Notes: generated by a model not told the origin, from the letters alone. A DNA stretch of 64,000 nucleotides from Mobula hypostoma (GCF_963921235.1 NC_086098.1:2108001-2172000); one strand, 5' to 3'; counted from the first letter of the stretch, positions 50,263 through 64,000 are shown. Translations and numbers: made by a program.

Positions 50263-51920
50263 ATGTCCTCCTTGTTCTTTGCTTTAGTGGATTTCTTCAA
50301 GGTTTGTATAAACCTTTCAGTTAATCTATTTGTTGCTGGGTAGTGAGGAGCTGACTTGAAATGTCTGATGGCAGTTTTCTTCATGAACAGTTGGAATTCT
50401 TCTGACACGTATTGTGGTTCGTTGTCACTCACAATTTGTTTTGCTAAGCCGTTTCTTGTGAAGATAGTCCTCAGAATGGAGACAGTCTTTGCTGAGGTGG
50501 TTGACTTCATCGGTATAACCTCCGGCCACTTCAAATGAGCATCCACTGAAAACAGAAACATAGAGTCGATGAATGGCCCAGCAAAGTCAATATGTTCTCT
50601 TTGCCTTGGTGCTGACAGCCAGATGCACAGGCCTGTAGGGGTGCATTTTGAACTTCTTCGTATCTCAAACAGCTTTTGGCCAAGTCTTCAAACTGTTTAT
50701 CTGTTCCTGGCCACCACGCATTGCTCCAGGCGAGACTCTTCATAATGACTGTACTAAAATGTCCTTCTTGCAGATTTTCTAACACTCTGGTGCGCAGTTT
50801 AGTGGGAACCACAACACGAGGTCCACACATCAGTGTTCTTTGACACACCGACAGTGGTCTCGTCTTGCTGAGAACTCTGGAAACATAGGGTTACCATGAG
50901 CTGGCCATCCTTGCATGCTGATTTCATAGACCCTTGACAATGTTGGGTCATTCCTTGTTTTCCTTTCTATTGACAACTGGTCTACCAATGCGATGTGGAA
51001 AAGTTCTGTTGCGTGACAGTATGAAGACTTTTCTTCTTCAGTTGCCAATAGTGCCCAACATTGTATCCAGGTAGGAGTCATCACTGGAGTTCCCTCCCTG
51101 GGATTGAAAATAGACACAAGGGGCTGATGATCTGTCACTAGTGTAAACATTTGTCTGTTGAGGTATTGGTGAAGCTTCTTTATTCCCCATACTAGATTAA
51201 GTGCCTCTCAGTTGATCTGTACATAGTTGTGTTCTGCACACGTCAGTGATCTTGAAGCAAATGCAACCAGACCTTCAGAACCATCATTCATAACGTGTGA
51301 CAAAACAGCTCCAATGCCATAAGGGGATGCATCACATACCAGTCTGATGGGCAGTGATTCGTCATAATGGGTGAGCAGTTCATCGGACGTTATTAGCCTT
51401 TCTGTTTCCTAGAATACTTTTTCATATCTTTCTGACCGTTCCCACAGTGTGTTCAATGGATGCAGCACTGTTGTAATGTTTGGGAGAAACCAGTGGTAGG
51501 AGTTTACAAGGCCCAAGTAAGACCCGAGTTGCCACATATTTTCCTGTTTGGGTGACTGCAGCACTGCTTCATTCTTCTCTTGTGACTTGAGTAACCCATG
51601 TTTGTCAATGACACATCCACAATATGAGATTTCATTCTAGAAAAACTCACATTTCTCTCTCTTTGCACCCAGACCACAGTCACTCAGCCTGGTAAGCACT
51701 TTACCAGGTTTCTGGAGGTGCTCCGTCATTTTTTCCAGTCACAATGTTGTCATCGAGGTAACATTGTGATCCTGGGATATCTTGGAACACTTGGCCCATT
51801 GCTCTTTGCCAAATTGCTGGAGCTGATGCGATGCCAAAGATGAGACTATTATACTGGAACAGTCCCTTGTGATTGTTGATTGTGAGGAACTTCCTGCTTG
51901 AATCCTCAATCCCCATCAAG
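50263..51920 (-). mobile_element. Gypsy pol remnant (RT, RNase H, integrase)
   Basis: FGIASAPAIWQ...YLDD; FTLVTDHQPL; VDAHLKWPEV...IVSDNEPQY. Confidence 0.92.
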
Positions 51921-52069
51921 TAATTCATGCAGATGTATTTCCCTGGGAGACTCCAACATCTGGCATAAAGAATACATAACTGCCATTTAAACTACACTAA
52001 GTGCCCCTGATACAGTAAGGGAAAAGGGCTCTCCCTAATTCGGACATGGGTTGCCAAAATGCTCCCACA

Positions 52070-52236
52070 TCGTACCATTTCATCCATTTTCCTAGTAACT
52101 TCCTCGAAGAACTCTATAAGATTGGTTAGACGTGACCAATCATACACAAAGCCATGCTGGTTATCAGTCCACATCTATCCAAATACCCATATAGCTGGTC
52201 TGTTAGAATACCTTCCAATAACTTACCCACAACTGA
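52070..52236 (-). mobile_element. CR1 fragment (inverted right half of the Gypsy target)
   Basis: Minus strand begins tcagttgtgggtaagttattggaagg, the expected continuation of 43603. Confidence 0.75.
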
Positions 52237-52239
52237 AAG

Positions 52240-54180
52240 GAACATCTGAATATCAGTGAAAAATGCACTGAATTTAAAGTGAAAATAATATGACGATGGC
52301 TTCAGTCGGGAACGTTGATGAACTAGATAGCACTAATGAAGGTGGGGACTCGAATATCAAGAGGGTTGAACTATATTGCAACATGAACTACGTGGATGCA
52401 CAAAAGAAAGCCCCGAAACTTCGTAGCTGAATGTACAGTCTCTTAAGCAACTTCGTAACCCCTACAAAGCCAGTAAGCCAACATTCGATGAAATTGTTAC
52501 AATTTTACAAAAACGCTTGAGCCCAAAACTGCTGGTAATGGCTGAGTAATTTAGATTTAACAAAAGAAACCCGTCAAAAGACGAAAGCCTTTCTGAATAT
52601 ATTGTAGAACCGCACAAAGTGGGATCTGGGAATACAGATACAAAATTCCCTAAAAGCGGCGTCACAAGTAGATAGGGTCGTAAAGAGAGCTTTTGGTACA
52701 TTCGCCTTTATTAATCAAAGTATTGAGTATAAGAGCTGGAATGTTATGATGAGGTTGTATAAGGCATTGGTGAGGCCAAATCTGGAGTATTGTGTTCAGT
52801 TTTGGTCACCAAATTACAGGAAGGATATAAATAAGGTTGAAAGAGTGCAGAGAAGGTTTACAGGGATGTTGCCAGGACTTGAGAAACTCAGTTACAGAGA
52901 AAGGTTGAATAGGTTAGGACATTATTCCCTGGAGCGTAGAAGAATGAGGGGAGATTTGATAGAGGTATATAAAATTATGATGGGTATAGATAGAGTGAAT
53001 GCAAGCAGGCTTTTTCCACTGAGGCAAGGGGAGAAAAAAAACCAGAGGACATGGGTTCAGGGTGAGGGGGGAAAAGTTTAAAGGGAACATTAGTGGGGGC
53101 TTCTTCAGACAGAGAGTGGTGGGAGTATGGAATGAGCTGCCAGACAAGGTGGTAAATGCGGGTTCTTTTTTAACATTTAAGAATAAATTGAACAGATATA
53201 TGGATGGGAGATGTATGGAGGGATATGGTCCGTGTGCAGGTCAGTGGGACTAGGCAGAAAATGGTTCGGCACAGACAGAAGGGCCAAAAGGCCAGTTTCT
53301 GGGCTGTAGTTTCTATGGTTTCTATGGTTATGGTTTCTAAACTCTCCCAGTACTGTGACTTTAGAGATGGACTTTCTGATGCATTAAGGGACAGGTTTGT
53401 ATGTGGCATGCATAGCCAAAGCACTCATATGAGGTTATTATCCAAAGGAGACCTAACCTTAGAATGGGCATTGACCATTGCAATATTGTTAGAAACTGCA
53501 GAAAAAGATGCAGCAGAACTACAGAAAAGGAAGTTTGAATGTGAAATGCACAAAATGTCCCTGAATGGTGCAAAAAAGCCAAAAATGTTTTCAATGTGGC
53601 AAATCCTCCCATGATGCAAATGACTGTTGGTTCAAAGAAAAAGTCTGCAGGTGTCACAGACAAAGGTCATATAGAGAGAGTGCAGAAGGCATGCAAAAAA
53701 GACAACCGAGTGAAAAGTCTAAAACACAAAACTAAGCAAATGCACGAAGTTACTGAGTGTAAAACAGAATCAGACAACATAGAGTCTGAGTAAGGTGAAC
53801 TGTCATGCCTAGGACTGCATGGTATAACTGAAGCAGATCAAAAAATCATCTAGATCACAATAGATGTGTCCATTGTAAAACTGAAAATGGAGCTGGATTC
53901 AGGGTCAGCTTTGTCCATAATTCTAGATGCTGGCTACAACAGAGTGTTTTCCAAGACACTGTTACAGAAGTCCTCAGTGACACAGACAAAAAAGTGTCTC
54001 ACAAAGGCAAACTGAAAGCAAATGTGACATATGGAGGCCAAACACAACAGTGAGAGCTCTATGTACTGAGAAGTGGAGGGCCAGCATTTTTCAGATGTGA
54101 ATGGTTGAGACAAATCCAAGTAGACTGGCACTCAGTGAAAACTCTTAAAGTGACATCAACTGGCAACAGCAGCCCATTAC
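52240..54180 (+). mobile_element. Gypsy gag-protease remnant, interrupted by CR1
   Basis: MASVGNVDELD start; LRDRFVCG; zinc knuckle CFQCGKSSHDANDC near 53586; protease MELDSGS near 53888. Confidence 0.88.
52619..53339 (+). mobile_element. CR1 3' fragment, same subfamily as 44187-46989
   Basis: ORF 52746..53081 is almost identical to the C-terminus of 44261..45826. Confidence 0.93.
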
Positions 54181-54286
54181 TGTATGGTTGGAGGATGACT
54201 TAGACAGATTAGGAGAATGGGTATGAAGTGACAAATGAAATGCAATGCTGGAAAATGCATGGTCATGCACATTGGTAGTAGAAATA

Positions 54287-55207
54287 AATAAGACCATAAG
54301 ATATAGGAACAGAAGTAAGCCATTTCGCCCATCAAGTCTGCTCCACCATTCAATCATGGGCAGATCCAATTCTTCCAGTAATCCCCACTCCCCTGCCTTC
54401 ACCACATACCCTTTGATGCCCTGGCTAATCGAGAACCTATCTATCTCTGCCTTAAATATACCCAATGACTTGGCCTCCACAGCTGCTCATGGCAACAAAT
54501 TCCACAGATTTACCACCCTCTGACTAAAGTAATTTCTCCACATCTCAGTTCTAAATGGACATCCTTCAATCCTGAAGTCATGCCCTCTTGTCCTAGAATC
54601 CCCTACCATGGGAAATAACTTTGCTATATTTAATCTGTTCAGGCCTTTTAATATTCAGAATGTTTCTATGAGATCTCCCTTCATCCTTCTGAACTCCAGG
54701 GAATATAGCCCAAGAGCTGCCAGACGACTCTCATAGGGTAACCCTTTCATTCCTGGCATTGTTCTTGTGAATTTTCTCTGAACCCTCTCCAATGTCAGTA
54801 TATCCTTTCTAAAATAAGGAGCACAAAACTGCACACAATACTTCAAGAGTGGTCTCACGAGTGCCTTACAGAGCCTCAACATCACATCCCTGCTCTTATA
54901 TTCTATACCTCTAGAAATGAATGCCAACATTGCATTCACCTTCTTCATAACCGACTCAACTTGGAGGTTAAACTTTCGGGTATCTTGCACGAGGACTCCC
55001 AAGTCCCTTTGCATCTCTGCATTTTGAATTCTCTGTTCATCTAAATAATAATCTGCCCGGTTATTTCTTCCATCAAAGTGCATGACCATACATTTTCTAA
55101 CATTGTATTTCATTTTTCACTTCTTTGCCCATTACCCTAAACCATCTAAGTCTCTCTGCAGGCTCCTGTTTCCTCAACACTACCTGTTCCTCCACCTATC
55201 TTTGTAT
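54287..55207 (-). mobile_element. CR1 3' fragment
   Basis: ORF 54655..55113; close to 35101-36730 and 60786-63657. Confidence 0.9.
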
Positions 55208-56457
55208 TGTGCCCTACCAACCTGATTGAGTACTTTGACAAGGTGACGAATGAGATTGATGAGGGTTCGGCAGTGGATATTGTCTGCGTGGATTTTAATT
55301 AGGTGTTTCATTAAGTCCACCATGGGAAGCTGATCCAGAAGCTTTGATGGATTAGATCCACGGAAAATTGGCTGATTGGATTCAGACCTGGCTTGTGCAC
55401 AGAAGACAGTGCGTAGTGATTGAAAGGACTTATTCAAACCGAGGTCTGTAATTAATATAGTTCCACAGGAATCTGTGCCGGGACCTCTGCTGTTTGTAAT
55501 GCATATACAGGAAATGCCCTGGATGAAAATGTAGGTGGGTGGGTTAGTAAATTTGCGGATGAAATGATTCATGCAGTCGTGGATAGTGTAGAAGACTGGC
55601 AAAGAGTGCAGCACGATATGCATCAGTTGCAGATATGGGCAACAAAATGGCAGATGGAGTTTAACCCAGATAAATGTGAGGTGTTACCCCTGGGTAGGAC
55701 AAATTCAAGGAGATAGTACACCCTAAGGGCAAGATCCTTACTGGTGTTGCTGAGCAAAGAGATTTTGGGATCGAAGTTCATAGCTCCTTGAAAGTGGCTA
55801 CACAGGTTGATAGGGTGGTTAAGTAGGCTTATGGAATGCTTGTTTTTATTAGTCAAGGCATTGAGTTCAAAAGTCAGGAGGTTATGTTGCAACTTTATAG
55901 AACTCTGGTTTGACAACATCTGGTATATTGCATGCTGTTCTGCTCGCCCCACTATCGCAAGGATGTTGGGGCTTTGGAGAGGGCGCAGAAGAGATTCACT
56001 AAGATGCTGTCTGATTTAGAGTGTATGTGCTATTATGAGAAGCTGGATAACCTTGGGTTGTTCTTTCGGATGCGTTGGATGGTGAGGGGAGATCAGATAG
56101 AGGTTTACAAGATTATGGGAGGCATTGATAGAGTGGGCAGTGGGTAGATCTTTCCCAATGTTGAAATGCCTAATACCAGAGGCATTTGTTCAAGGGGGAT
56201 GTGAGGGGTAAGTTTTTCACTCAAAGAGTCATGGATGACTAGAATACGCTGCCTGGTCTGCGGGTAGAAGCAAATACTTTACTGACTTTTAAGAGATGTT
56301 TGACAGGCATTGAATGGAAGGAAGATGGAGAGATAAGGAGATGGCATAAGTAGGAGAGATTGGTGCTTGGGTGTTTTTGATTTGCTTCTTAGCTGATTTG
56401 GCATAACATTGTGGGCTGAATGGCCTGATCCTGTACTGTACCCTTCTATGTTCTATA
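55208..56457 (+). mobile_element. Degraded CR1 RT to 3' end
   Basis: KFADE-like motif, ALERAQKRFTKML, ttctatg tail. Confidence 0.82.
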
Positions 56458-57477
56458 TATGTGCTCCCTGGTCTGGAGTAAAATTGTTTTGTCTGGCAGT
56501 GTCCATGCATATGGTTGAATGATGATAAACTTGAACTTACATTTTAAATGACTTCTGAAGATTTGACCCTGACCCATGTGACAGGACATGGGATCAATGT
56601 AAGTGAACAGAGATTCGGTGTTAAGACCTAAAGGATTTGTGGATCTGAATGTCTTATTTATTAAGTTATTGCCACACATGGATCAAATTTCCTTCTTGCT
56701 TCAGTTCTTATATGGGAAAATGCCTCAAATAATGAAGCAAGCAAAACATCCAAGAAGAACAGAAAAATAACAGTAATAAGAGATAGCTGTGTAAATAATA
56801 AGCCAGAACATGTCAGAAAGCTTGAAAATGGAAAGAAAATTACAATAATTCAAAAAATATATATTTTGGAAAGGTAAAATCTTCAACTCCCTTTGAAATG
56901 TTACAAAATGATTCAAGTCTGAAATTCTGGCAGGGCTGCCTGGATGGGAACTTTTTGGAATTTCACTCTCCTGATTTCTGGTAAGCAATTTTAATGAATG
57001 CTTCTTTTGGCTCTTTGCTGAGACAGCAGTTAAAATTCAGATACTCCGTACAGTTTTTGCTTTGCTGAATGAACAAAGAAAGCCCAGTAGTTTTGTTCAG
57101 CTGCATTACCACCACAAGTGGGTGGCCAAAATGGCTGAGACTGCAGAATGCTCTCCAAGTTAAACAGTTCAATATCACTATTGTTATATTTCCAACTATA
57201 CTGGCCCCGAACTCCTGCTTGTTCATTGTTCTGCCACAAGTGAAGTCAACACTCAGTATAGTCCTAGATCATGGGGACTGGATTATTCCCTGGAGGGCAA
57301 GAGCCATTTTTACCTGGAAGGACAAGCATGCAGTTTACAACTTATCTCATAATGCACGTCAGATGTTTTATGAACACAGCACTGGAAGTCTTCCTGGACA
57401 ATCCTCAGAAAAACTAATATGGTCTCTTAACAATGTAATATACTTTGAGTACTCAACACATAATGGGTCCTCTTGCT

Positions 57478-58935
57478 GCAGGACTAGAAAATTGCAAATG
57501 TCACTCCTCTCTTTAAGAAAGGAGGAAGGCAGCAGAAAGGAAATTATAGACCAGTTAGCCTGACCTTAGTGGTTGGGAAGATATTGGAGTCAATTGTTAA
57601 GGATGATGTTATGGAGTACTTGGTGACACAGGACAAGACAGGATAAAGTCAGCATGGTCTCCTTAAGGGAAAATTCTTGCCTGAAGAACCTGATGGAATT
57701 CTTTGAGGAGATCATAAATACGATAGATAAAGGAGATGCGGCGGATGATGTATATTTGGACTTTCAGAAGGCCTTTGACAAGGTGCCACATATGAGGCTA
57801 CTTACCAAGTTAACAGCCCATAGTATTACAGGAAACTAGCATGGTTGCTAGTATTGTTCGACCACTGGCTAATTGTAGGGGCAGTGAGTGGGAATAAGAT
57901 GATCCTTTTCTGGCCGGCTGCCAGTGACTGGTGGTGTTCTGCAGGAGTCGGTGTTGGGACCGCTTCTTTTTATGCTGTATTTAAATGATTTAGATGATGG
58001 AAAAGATGGCTTTGTTGATGAGTTTGCGGATGATATGAAAATTGATGGAGGGGCAGATAGTGTTGAAGAAACAGGTAGGCTGCAGAAGTTCTTAGACAGA
58101 TTAGGAGAATGAGCAAGAAAGTAGCAAATGAAATACGTGTTGGAAAATACATGGTCATACACTTTGCTAGTAGAAATAAAAGTGCAGGCTATTTTCTAAA
58201 CGGGGAGAAAATCCAAAAATCTGAGATGCAAAGGGAATTGGGAGTCCTTGTGAAGAACAACCTAAAGGTTAACTTGCAGTTTGAATCTGTGGTGAGGAAG
58301 GCAAATGCAATGTTAGCATTCATTTCAAGAGGCCTAGAATACAAGAGCAGGATATGATGCTGAAGCTTAATAAGGCACTGGAGAGGCCTCACCTTGAGTA
58401 TTGTGAACAGTTTTGGGCCCCTCATCTTAGAAAAGATGTGCTGGCATTGGAGAGGGTTCAGAGGAGGTTCACAAGGATGATTCAAGCAATGAAAGGGTTA
58501 TCATACGAGGAAGGTTTCATGGCGGTGGGTCTGTACTTGCTGGAATTTTAAATTTAAAAGCCTTTTGACTGTTGAAAGGACTAGACAGAGTAGACGTGGA
58601 AAGGATGTTTCCCATGGTTGCGGAGTCTAGGACAAGAGGGCACAGCCTCAGGATAAATGGGCATCCATCTAAAACAGAGATGCGGAGAAATTTCTTTAGC
58701 CAGAGGGTGGTGAATTGGTGGAATTTATTACCACAGGCAGCTGTGGAGGCCAGATCGATGGGTGTATTTAAGGTAGAGCTTGGTAGGTTCTTGATTAGAC
58801 ACAGAATCAAAGGTTACGGGGAGAAGGCTGGGGACTGGGGTTGAGGAGGAGAAAGAAGTATCAGCCATGATTGATGGAAGAGCAGACTCGATGGGCCAAA
58901 TGGCCTGATTCTGTTCCTATGTCTTATGGTCTTAT
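57478..58935 (+). mobile_element. Degraded CR1 RT to 3' end
   Basis: YLDFQKAFDKVPH, FADD, FFSQRVVN. Confidence 0.9.
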
Positions 58936-59301
58936 CAGTATTTACTTGAATGTCAGGTATTTATAAATACAGCTTTCAGATTTCAATTGAGTTTTATTTA
59001 TCACATGTACTGTATATCGAAACATACGATGAAAAGCATCATTTGCATTAACAACAAACACACCCTGAGAATGTTCTGCAGGCAACTCGCAAGCGTCAAC
59101 ACACAGCCTTTTGCCAGCATAGCATACCCATAAGACTATAAGGCATAGGAGCAGAATTAGGCCATTAAGGACATTGAGTCTACCCCACCATTCCATCATG
59201 GCTGATTTAATAGCCCTCTCAACCCTTATCCCCTGCAACCATTGACACCCTGACTAATCAGGAACATATCAGCCTCCCCCTTAAATACACTCAATGTCTT
59301 G

Positions 59302-59845
59302 TGTGCAGTTTTGGTCTCCAAATTTGAGGAAGGACATTCTCGCTATTGAGGGAGTGCAGCGTAGGTTCACAGGGTTAATTCCGGGATGGCAGGACTGTCA
59401 TATGTCGAAAGATTGGAGTGACTGGGCTTGTATACTCTGGAATTTAGGAGGATGAGAGGGGATCTGATTGAAACATGTAAGATTATTAAGGGATTGGACA
59501 CGCTGGAGGCAGGAAGCATGTTCCTGCTGATGGGTGAGTTCAGAACCAGAGGCCACAGTTTAAGAATAAGGAGTAGGCCATTTAGAACGGAGTTGAGGAA
59601 AAACTTTTTCACCCAGAGAGTGGTGGATATGTGGAATGCTCTGCCCCAGAAGGCTGTGGAGGCCAAGTCTCTGGATGTTTTCAAGAAAGAGATGGATAGA
59701 GCTCTTAAAGATAGCGGAATCAAAAGTTACAGGGATAAGGCAGGAACTGGATACTGATTATGGATGATCAGCCATGATCACGGTGAATGGCGGTGCTGGC
59801 TCGAAGGGCCAAATGGCCTACCCCTGCATCTATTGTCTATTGTCT
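59302..59845 (+). mobile_element. CR1 3' fragment nested in an antisense CR1 tail, 9-bp TSD
   Basis: aatgtcttg at 59293-59301 and 59846-59854; ORF 59428..59757. Confidence 0.88.
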
Positions 59846-60684
59846 AATGTCTTGCCCTCCACAGCTGTCTGTGGCAATGAGTTCCACCGTATCACCACCT
59901 TTCGGCTAAAGAAATTCCTCTGATGCCAGGAAAGCCTTTCTTAAGTAAGGGGCCCAAAACAGTTCAAAATTCTCCTGTACATTATCTGAAACTACATTGA
60001 ATTGCTTATGAACAGACCCTGGAAGTGCTGTTGACAGAGACCGTATCTTGGTGCCAACTTGACTGGAAGTTCAGGAGGATTTCCATGAGACCATAAGATA
60101 TTGGAGCAGAATTAGTTCATTTGGTCCAGCTAGTCTGATCCGCCATTGCATCATGGCTGATCCATTGTCTTTTCAGACCCAGTCTCCTGCCTCTCCCCTT
60201 GTACCTCTTCATGCCCTGACTAATCAACAATCTATTAACTTCCGTCTTAAATATACATAAAGACTTGTCCTCCACAGCTGCCTGTGGCAAAGAATTCCAC
60301 AGATCCACTGCTCTGGCTAAAGAAGTTTCATGCCTATTGTCTATTGGCATTACACCTTTAAGGCTGAAATTTGCTGGAGTAGCAGTGAGCTCCCCTTAAT
60401 TCAACTTCTTGATATGAGACTGCATTATGTTCCTTCTGTTGTTATCTAGATTGAGAGCTTGGGCTAACACACAAAATGCCGGAGGAACTCAGCAGGCCAG
60501 GCTGAGCAAAATTAACAGTCGATGTTTTGGGCTGAGACCCTTCATCAGATCCCTTGTGTTTATGAGTCCTTGGGCACATTATATAAATTAATTTCTTGAA
60601 AAATAATGCCATATCTAATGATGGATTATCCTCAGTGTAGGTCCTCTGGTGAATCCTGCATCTTGAAGGCTGAACAGAAGTCCA

Positions 60685-60785
60685 GGCCTGATCACTGATA
60701 CCCTTGGTCTGAATCCCCTGGGGAACTTGAGACCTGATCACTGACAGCCTCAGTCTGAGTCCCCTGGGGAGGTGAAAGGCCTGAA
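60685..60785. repeat. About 48-bp minisatellite, left part (2 units)
   Basis: cctgatcactgatacccttggtctgaatcccctggggaac; same unit as 63658-63962. Confidence 0.85.
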
Positions 60786-63657
60786 CATAAGACTATAAGA
60801 CCAAAATATATAGGAGCAGAGGTAGGCCATTCGACCTTTCGAGTCTGCTCCTCCATTCAATCATGGGCTGACCCAATTCTTCTAGTCATACCAACTCCCC
60901 TGCCTTCTCGCCACACCCTTTGATACCCTGGCTAATCAAGAACATATCTACCTCTGCCTCAAATGAACCCTAAGATTTGGCCTCCACAGCCGCTCATGGC
61001 AAAAAAATTCCACAGATTTACCACCCTCTGACTAAAGTAATTTTTCTACATTTCTGTTTAAAGTGGACATCCTTCAATCCTGAAGTCGTGCCCTCTTGTC
61101 TTAAACTCCCCTACCATGGGAAATAACTTTGCCATATTTAATCTGTTCAGGCCTTTTAACATTCGAAATGTTTTATGCGATCCCCCCTCATTCTCCTGAA
61201 CTCCAGGGAATACAGCCCAAGAGCTGACAGACGTTCCTCATTCGTAACCCTTTCATTCCTGGAATCAATCTCATGAATCTTTTCTGAACCCTCTCTGATG
61301 TCAGTATATCCTTTCTAAAATAAGGAGCCCAGAACTGCACACAATACTCCAAGTGTGTTCTCATGAGTGCCTTATAAAGCCTCAACATCACATCCCTGCT
61401 GTTATATTCTATACCTCTAGAAATGAATGCCAACATTGCATTCACCTTCTTCACCACCGACTCAACCTGGAGGTTAACTTTTAGAGTATCCTGCACAAGG
61501 TCTCCCACATCCCTTTGCATCTTTGCATTTTGAATTCTCTCCCCAACTAAATAATAGTCTGCCTGTTTATTTCTTCCACCAAAGTGCATGACCATACCTT
61601 TTCCAACATTGTATTTCAGTTGCCACTTTTGCCCATTCCCCTAACCTATTTAAGTCTCTCTACAGTCTTTCCTCAACACTACCCACTCCTCCACCTACCT
61701 TTGTATCATCAGCAAATTTAGCCACAAATCCATTAATCCCATAGTCCAAATCATTGACATACATCATAAAAAGCAGCGGTCCCAACACTGACCCCTGTGG
61801 AACTCCACTGGTAACCGGCAGCCAGCCAGAATAGGATACCTTCATTCCCACTCTCTGTTTTCTGCAGATCAGCCAATGCTCCACGCGTGCTAGTAACTTC
61901 TCTATAATTCCATGGGCTCTTATCTTGCTAAGCAGCCTCATGTGCGGCACCTTGTCAAAAGCCTTCTGAAAATCCAAGTGCACCACATCTACTACATCCC
62001 CCTTGTCTACCTGGCTTGTAGTTTCCTCAAAAAATTGCAGTAGGTTTGTCAGGCAGGATTTTCCTTTCAGGAAACCATGATGGCTTTGGCCTATCTTGTC
62101 ATGTGCCTCCAGGTACTCTGTCATCCCATCCCTAACAATCGATTCCAGCAACTTCCCAACCACTGATATCAGGCTAACAGGTCTGTAGTTTCCTTTCTGC
62201 TGCCTCCTACCCTTCTTAAATAGTGGAGTAACATTTGCAATTTTCTAGTCATCTGTACAATGCCAGAATCTATTGATTCTTGAGAGATTATTGTTAATGC
62301 CTCCGCAATCTCTCCAGCTACTTCCTTCAGAACCCGAGGGTGCATTCCATCAGGTCCGGGAGATTTATCCACCCTCAGACCATTAAGCTTCCAGAGCACC
62401 TTCTCAGTCATAATTTTCACTGTAGATACTTCACTTCCCTGACACTCTTGAATGTCCGGTATACTGCAGATGTCTTCCACTATGAAGACTGATGCAAAAT
62501 ATGCATGCAGTTCCTCTGCCATCTCTGTGACTCTCATAACAATATCTCAAGTGTCATTTTCTATTGGTCCTATATCTTCTCTCAACTCTCTTTTACTCTT
62601 TATATACTTAAAAAAGCTTTTAGTATCTTCTTTGATATGAGTCATCAGCTTCCTTTCATAATTCATCTTTTCCTTCCTAATGCCCTTCTTAGTTTCCTTC
62701 TGCAAGTTTTTAAAAGCTTTCCAATCCTCCATCTTCCCACTATCTTTGGCTTCCTTCTATGCCCTCTCTTTTGTTTTTACTTTGGCTCTGACTTCACTTG
62801 TCAGCCACAGTAGTGTCATTCTTCCATTCAAAAATTTTTTCTTATTTGGAATATATGTCTTGCACCTCCCTCATTTTTCACAGAAACTTCAGCCATTTCT
62901 GTTCTGTTCTCCTTCCTGCTAGTGTCCCTTTCCAGTCAACTTTGACCAGTTCCCCTCTCATGCCATTGTAATTTCCTTAATTCCACTGAAATACTGACAC
63001 ATTGGAATTTAGTTTCTCCTTCTCAAATTTCAATGTGAACTTGATCATATTGTGATCACTGTTCACTAAGTGTTCCCTAACCTTAAGCTCTCTTATCACC
63101 TCCAGATCATTGCACAACACCCAATCCAGCACAGCTGATCCCCTAATGGGCTCAACAACAAGCTGCTCAAAAAATTCATCACTTCGACATTCTAGACGTT
63201 CTCTCTCTTGAGGTCCAGTGCTGGCCTGGTTTTCCCAATCCACTTTCATGTTAAAATCCCCAATGATTATCATGACATTGCCCTTCTGACACGCCTTTTC
63301 TATCTCCTGCTGTAATTTGCAATCCACATCCCAGCTGCCCTCTAGACGCCTGTATACAACTGCCATTAAAGTCCTTTTACCTTTGCTATTTCTTGTAGAG
63401 CCTCTACACCTTCTGATACTATGTCATCCCTTTCTAATGATTTAATGTCATTCCTTAGACACAGGTCACACTACCCTCTCTGCCTACTAACCAATCTTTC
63501 CGATACATCGTATATCCTTGGACGTTCAGCTCCCAATGGCAGCCATCCTTTAGCCAAGTTTCAGAGAAGGCCACAACGTCATACTTGCCAATCTGTAGCT
63601 GAATTTCAAGATCGTCCATTTTATTTCTTATTCTGGTTGCATTCAAATATAACATTA
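60786..63657 (-). mobile_element. CR1 near-complete ORF2, frameshifted
   Basis: LYLNATRIRNK (APE start), IIGDFN, FADD (61660..62163), cttatg tail. Confidence 0.95.
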
Positions 63658-63962
63658 ACTCCCTTGGTCTGCGAGTCCCTGGGAAGTAAAAAGGCTGATT
63701 GGTGACACCCTCGGTCTGCGAGTCCACTGGGGAACTCAAGACCTGATCACTGACACCCTTGGTCTGAGAGTCCCCTGGAAAAGTCGAAGACCTGATCACT
63801 GACACCCTTGGTCTGAGAGTCCCCTGGTGAAGTAAAAGGCCTGATTGCTGAAGCCCTGGGTCTGCATGATCCCTGGAAAAAGCAAAGGCCTGATTGGCGA
63901 AACCCTCAGTCTGAGAGTCCCCTGGAGAAGTCAAAGCCTGCTGGGGAAGTCAAAGGCCTGAT
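63658..63962. repeat. About 48-bp minisatellite, right part (about 6 units)
   Basis: Units start at 63661, 63708, 63756, 63805, 63854 and 63903 (period 47-49). Confidence 0.9.
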
Positions 63963-64000
63963 GTTGGCAAGCCCGACTCCGCTGGAGTTACTCTAGCCTG

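Noticed and set aside
63455..63934. 159-aa ORF with repeated N-terminus
   Set aside because: Chance read-through from the minisatellite into the CR1 APE start

Overview
Eukaryotic, gene-poor DNA made almost entirely of transposable elements. The mix (several CR1 LINE subfamilies, V-SINEs, Rex1/Babar, RTE, Penelope, Tc1, Gypsy) suggests a cartilaginous fish, probably a ray; this is inference. I found no convincing host exon, rRNA, tRNA gene or CRISPR array, and no clearly new biological system. Nearly all ORFs in the track are TE fragments or their antisense shadows. The best observations are: (1) minimal hammerhead ribozymes in Penelope tails, with intact cores at 9114 and 16877, a variant at 20463 and decayed or core-deleted copies elsewhere; (2) a fold-back Tc1 built from two 3' ends (4196-5458); (3) a clean solo LTR with a 5-bp TSD (39121-39688); (4) a Gypsy provirus (43.6-54.2 kb) reshaped by a deletion that fused two long CR1s head-to-head and by a ~2.2 kb inversion; (5) a 21-bp-stem, pre-miRNA-like hairpin in unique DNA (9539-9589); (6) a ~48-bp minisatellite split by a CR1. 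Boundaries of degraded repeats are approximate, and family names come from motif recognition, not database searches.
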